Shown: in pieces, positions 35,001 to 38,708 of the stretch | How the letters are laid out: each line of letters begins with the position of its first letter | Position numbering within the stretch: position 1 is the first letter of the stretch | Source of the DNA: Pelomyxa schiedti | Lineage: Eukaryota > Protista > Evosea | NCBI GenBank assembly: GCA_020536535.1 | Contig: JAHLWZ010000955.1 | Span: 1-38,708, forward strand | Reading direction: 5' to 3' | Length of the DNA: 38,708 bases | Position numbers and translations under genes: made by a program | Notes under the pieces: model-generated | Database searches by the model: none | Told to the model about the DNA's origin: nothing | The model's input: the letters and a program-made list of their open reading frames with translations, nothing else

Positions 35001-36691
35001 TGTTCAGTGCACCACTGGTCCTCAGTCCGTTTCAGAATATCTTCAAGCATCTTCCAGAAGGCAGCAACATTTTCTTCACTTTTTTGGTTGCTTCCGGTAT
35101 GCTTGATATGCATCAAATCGTAGAGACGCAAGTCCAGTTGTTCACTTTAAAGTGTTAGAGGAACTGGGGGAATTCGGCTACCTATCGTGGTGAAGGACAA
35201 GTGGCTCCCCCTTCTTAGGTAAAGGAAGGTATTCTTTCAAAACCCAGCGTTTCCGATAGGATGAGATGATCGATCCATGTGAGAATTTCTACATGTCAAT
35301 TGGAAGAAACCCATGAAGTGGGAAGAGGAACTACTTACTGAGAAGACTTTCTTCATAGTCCTTACACCAATAAAAATATCTAGAAGCCACTTGATCCCCC
35401 AGAACAAACTATAAAGCGTCAACAGTAGAAAATTGGCTAATTTGGGAAAACTTACTGCAAAAATCCCTGTTTTACACTGACATACCGACCAATAAATCGA
35501 TTTGGGAAAGATATAATAAATTGTGAAAGTGCCACTGCTGCATAGCCCACAAAGCTGTCCCAAATGCGCTCCGTACCCGTTTGGAGAACAGATGAGAGGT
35601 GCCACACATGCTCCTGACCTTCGAAGTTCACACTTTGAACAGAAAACTCTCCCCTCTTTCGAATCTGTCGCCTTTGTTCCAGGGAAAGCTGCATTTTATT
35701 AACTAAAGTCTCATATGTTTGAGGGAAAAACCTTTTTCCGTTTGCCACCAGCTGTGGCTATGCTCAACAAGTCATCTTGCTCAGGTTTATGAACCAATTC
35801 CTCACCAGCAGCAAATACAGAGCCAAATGACATATGGGAAATGATGGACTCTGGTTTAGATTCAGCAGCTGATTCAAGGACAGGATTCTCTGACGAACCC
35901 TCAGCCCTATGCTTGGAGCTTTTTTTGTCGTGATCAGATGACACAGGGATCAACGGCTCAGGCTCTATTTCATCCACTTTCACTATCCCAGCTCCGCTCT
36001 CAGAAGACTTTGTAGTCGTAGAAGTAGTAGTTGTCGTGGTGGTCGTAGTTGTAGCAGTTGCAGTAGCAGTAGCAGTAACGTTTGCAGCACTACTATCAGC
36101 CTCAGTTGCTATCGCCGACGTCATAACCGGCTCCGGGTCAGTTTTAGCTGCAGCCAGTACCAAATTCCTAGCTGCAGTATCGTCAGTGTCCTTGCACGCC
36201 GCTGTGCCATCAGCCGCGATCGACGACGACGAAGCCGAGGTCGAGGTGCTGTTATACGTCGGTGTCTGGGCTTTTTTCATCCTGCCGCTACCAGGACTCA
36301 ACAAGCTCGCGGTCTCGTCGACGTCTTCGTCGCCCGCCCCGTCGTCTGACGACGACGAAGATGACTCGTCGTCGCTACCTCCCTTGCGGGCCTTGCGCTT
36401 AGCGGGACCCCCTGGCTTCGTGTGTTCTTTGTTCCCCGTTGTTGTTGTTGGAGTGTTGCGGACTACCACGGGATGGGGCGAAGTCGACAGGAAGGCGGAA
36501 GGGGGCAGCGTGAGGGGAAATGTATTCCATACGAAGACTTCTTCTTCTAGGGCGCTGCCGACCGCCTCGAACAAGTCTCGGTGACGACCGTCGAGGTTCT
36601 TGGGCTTCTTCTTGGGACGAAGGGGTACTCTTGCTGTTGTGGGAGCTGTTGCTTCCGCGCTCTCTTTCGCCTTACTGGCGCTCGTTGTCAT
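32071..36691 (-). CDS. Large uncharacterised multi-pass membrane protein with low-complexity N-terminal region
   Basis: Long first exon (VFVWNTFPLTLP followed by Ser/Thr/Ala-rich sequence), then many short exons with TM segments and the motifs RHRFESAPDYGLLGK and PAADTFIARRIAGP. Function not recognised. Confidence 0.7.
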
Positions 36692-36805
36692 TACTGCTGC
36701 GTTGTGTTGGTTTGAAAGGTCCTTTTTTTTGTGAACGTTTCGAAGGTCGTTTTTTTTCCCTCCAGTTCCAGCTGCCGCGAAAGGAAGGTTGGGTTTTTTT
36801 TAATT

Positions 36806-38708
36806 TCACACTACGCGAAAAAGAAAGGAAAGTACAAGTATCAGCACAAAAAGCAAGACTGCAACAATTCCAACTGGCAGGAGGTTGTTGCACCGTTTGC
36901 GACGCAGATACAGAGTAATGGTCACACATATGGGAGGAAGGCAGGCAAGTAGAAGCGGAGGGTGTGACGATAATTCTAGCTGCGATTGGGTGAGGGAGGT
37001 ACATTGTATGTGAAAATGTGGCTTACTAGTTGAATGTCCTGTGCCGGAGTGAAAACAAAGAAATTCACCTCGGAACTCAGGTTGGTGCCGTCGATGAAGT
37101 GAATGCCTTGCAGCGTCACTTCATACTTGCATTATTATAAACGGTAAAAAGGATAGAACGGGAGGCACACCAAACAGTTATGTATCAGGCTTTCCAGTGG
37201 TTCCACCAGTATTGTGTGCGTCCATTCGTGGAGAGCTTGGGGAAGAATTCGCACTTCAGCGGTTGAGTTGCGTAGCTTAGGAAGGTCCAGTGCTGCTATG
37301 TTACATATGGGCCCAGAAACGTAGTTGCCAAAGCAACAACTGTTTTCGAAATCCACTGTGCAATCCAGTATTTTGTACATGTGAACAGTCTGGTTTGTCA
37401 CGCTTTCATTGTGAACGCCTATTGCAAGGTAAATGAACAGCGAACTTCCTGGCGTTTCTAGTTCCACAGTCCTACGAGTAGCATGGGAACTCAGAAAACT
37501 AAGTGACTAAAAGTGAGCACACGAAAGCTGAGAACAGTTCCGGGGAATACTAGTAATAACTAAATCCGTAGCGGGAGAAAAGGAACCTTGAAGGAGTTGG
37601 CCAAAAGGTATCAGTGTCCATATGTACCATCTACTCTCTTTTTAAAAGAGCTGAAGTAACTTACAGTCGCATTTATCTCACTTCTTAGACTCCCTGGTTC
37701 CCGGAAATCGAGGAGGGAATGTGTCAGTGCTGGATTCCACCACTAAATTTTGTTGGGATATACACATTGGGAACTCCTTACACACACGTATCAGTGAGCC
37801 AACTACCGAATCAGAAATGTACTTTGTTATCTTCGACCAATGAAGAATCACTTTGAGACTAAGGAGTACAGTATCTGGGTTTGGAACTGCAGAATGGAGA
37901 CTCCCATACACATGGAGGATGTCACTAAGAGGCAACGAGTGTGTATTGTCCTTCAGTATCAAAGTTCCTTGATTCTGAATAAAGATATCCACTTGAAAAT
38001 CCAAAATTGGGCCCTTGTAAACTCAGAAAAGCATTCAAAAGTCATGAAACCTACGTGTCCAAACTTTTCAGCAAACACGGAATCAAAGAATTCATCCTCT
38101 AGACCATGACAAGCAACCCCAAAAAGAAAGCCAGTCAGAATGTTTGTGTGCAGTGTATCACTGGAATTTCTTTCCCTCAGTAATTGTATGTAACTTATGA
38201 ATGCTTGCACAAATGGTTCCCAATGAGCAATTTCACCCCATTCACCATCCCATTGTGGAACATAACCTAATAAGTGGGTAGAAGACAAAAACGCACATTG
38301 GTGATCTCATACCAGAATCTGGAAAAACAGCACCAAGCATAACTGGCTCAATATTGAACAACAACAAAGTCTTCAATTCCTGGTCCTCCAATATCTCAAT
38401 GGCCTACAGCACAAGGTAAATAGGTTTTTCCAGGGTTGATAACAACATACAAAATAAAACTAAAAAGTCCGACCCGAGTGAATACGCGTATTCACCAACA
38501 TAAACACATCCGCTGCAGACGACCACAACTACCCAACTTGGCGTATGACCCACTGATGGGTGAATCCCCCATGTCCGCAGACCCACATTTGGGACTGCCC
38601 AAACTTTTTCGGTGTGCACACGATCAAAAAACGAGCGTTTTTCTGGGAAAACAGTGTGCACACAGTTTGCAGCACGCCAACGGCCAACAGACACACCAAT
38701 GTGCTTCC
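36806..38708 (-). CDS. Zn-dependent phospholipase C / GPI-PLD-like protein with probable C-terminal membrane anchor (start just outside the window)
   Basis: Spliced signal peptide ..LVCLLAVGVLQT|SQMWVCG, then HGGFTHQW, GAVFPDSGY, GEIAHWEPF, GFLFGVACHGLEDEFFD (Zn-ligand pattern). Hydrophobic tail GIVAVLLFVLILVLSFLF. The 3' end is uncertain. Confidence 0.75.

Noticed and set aside
36036-36584. 182-aa Val/Ala-rich plus-strand ORF (similarly 13649..13918 and 28112..28420)
   Set aside because: These are antisense shadows of Thr/Ser-rich coding sequence.
153-38708. Alternative genetic code or stop-codon readthrough to explain the fragmented ORFs
   Set aside because: In the genes traced in detail, the interrupting stops fall inside GT/GC-AG introns. 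TAA, TAG and TGA are all used as true terminators.

Overview
This is compact, intron-dense eukaryotic nuclear DNA, so the ORF track is fragmented and the genes had to be rebuilt by hand from GT/GC-AG junctions. Most introns are about 40-65 nt. The gene content (CudA-like factor, divergent copine, prokaryote-like enzymes and adhesins) suggests an amoebozoan protist, possibly an anaerobic archamoeba such as Pelomyxa; this is inference only. I reconstruct 16 protein-coding genes, separated by about 60-340 bp. In order: GPI-anchored LRR protein (one repeat per exon); a giant minus-strand gene; F-box/PH/FYVE-like protein; divergent copine; CudA-like factor; RINT1/TIP20; RNASEK (V-ATPase subunit f); serine beta-lactamase-like hydrolase; prokaryote-type amidinotransferase/DDAH-family enzyme; RBR-like E3 lacking IBR; MFS transporter; POT/PTR transporter; two head-to-head secreted beta-helix proteins; an uncharacterised membrane protein; and a Zn-dependent phospholipase C-like protein. 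The top finding is the gene at 2319-8578 (-). It splices without a stop into one polypeptide of roughly 1,500 aa: three tandem Ras-like GTPase domains (one canonical, two degenerate) with Cys-cluster linkers, an 8-repeat WD40 propeller, about 8 transmembrane helices and a C2H2 zinc finger. I do not recognise this architecture. No tRNA, rRNA, CRISPR array or transposase was seen. All family calls come from motif recognition by eye, with no database searches.
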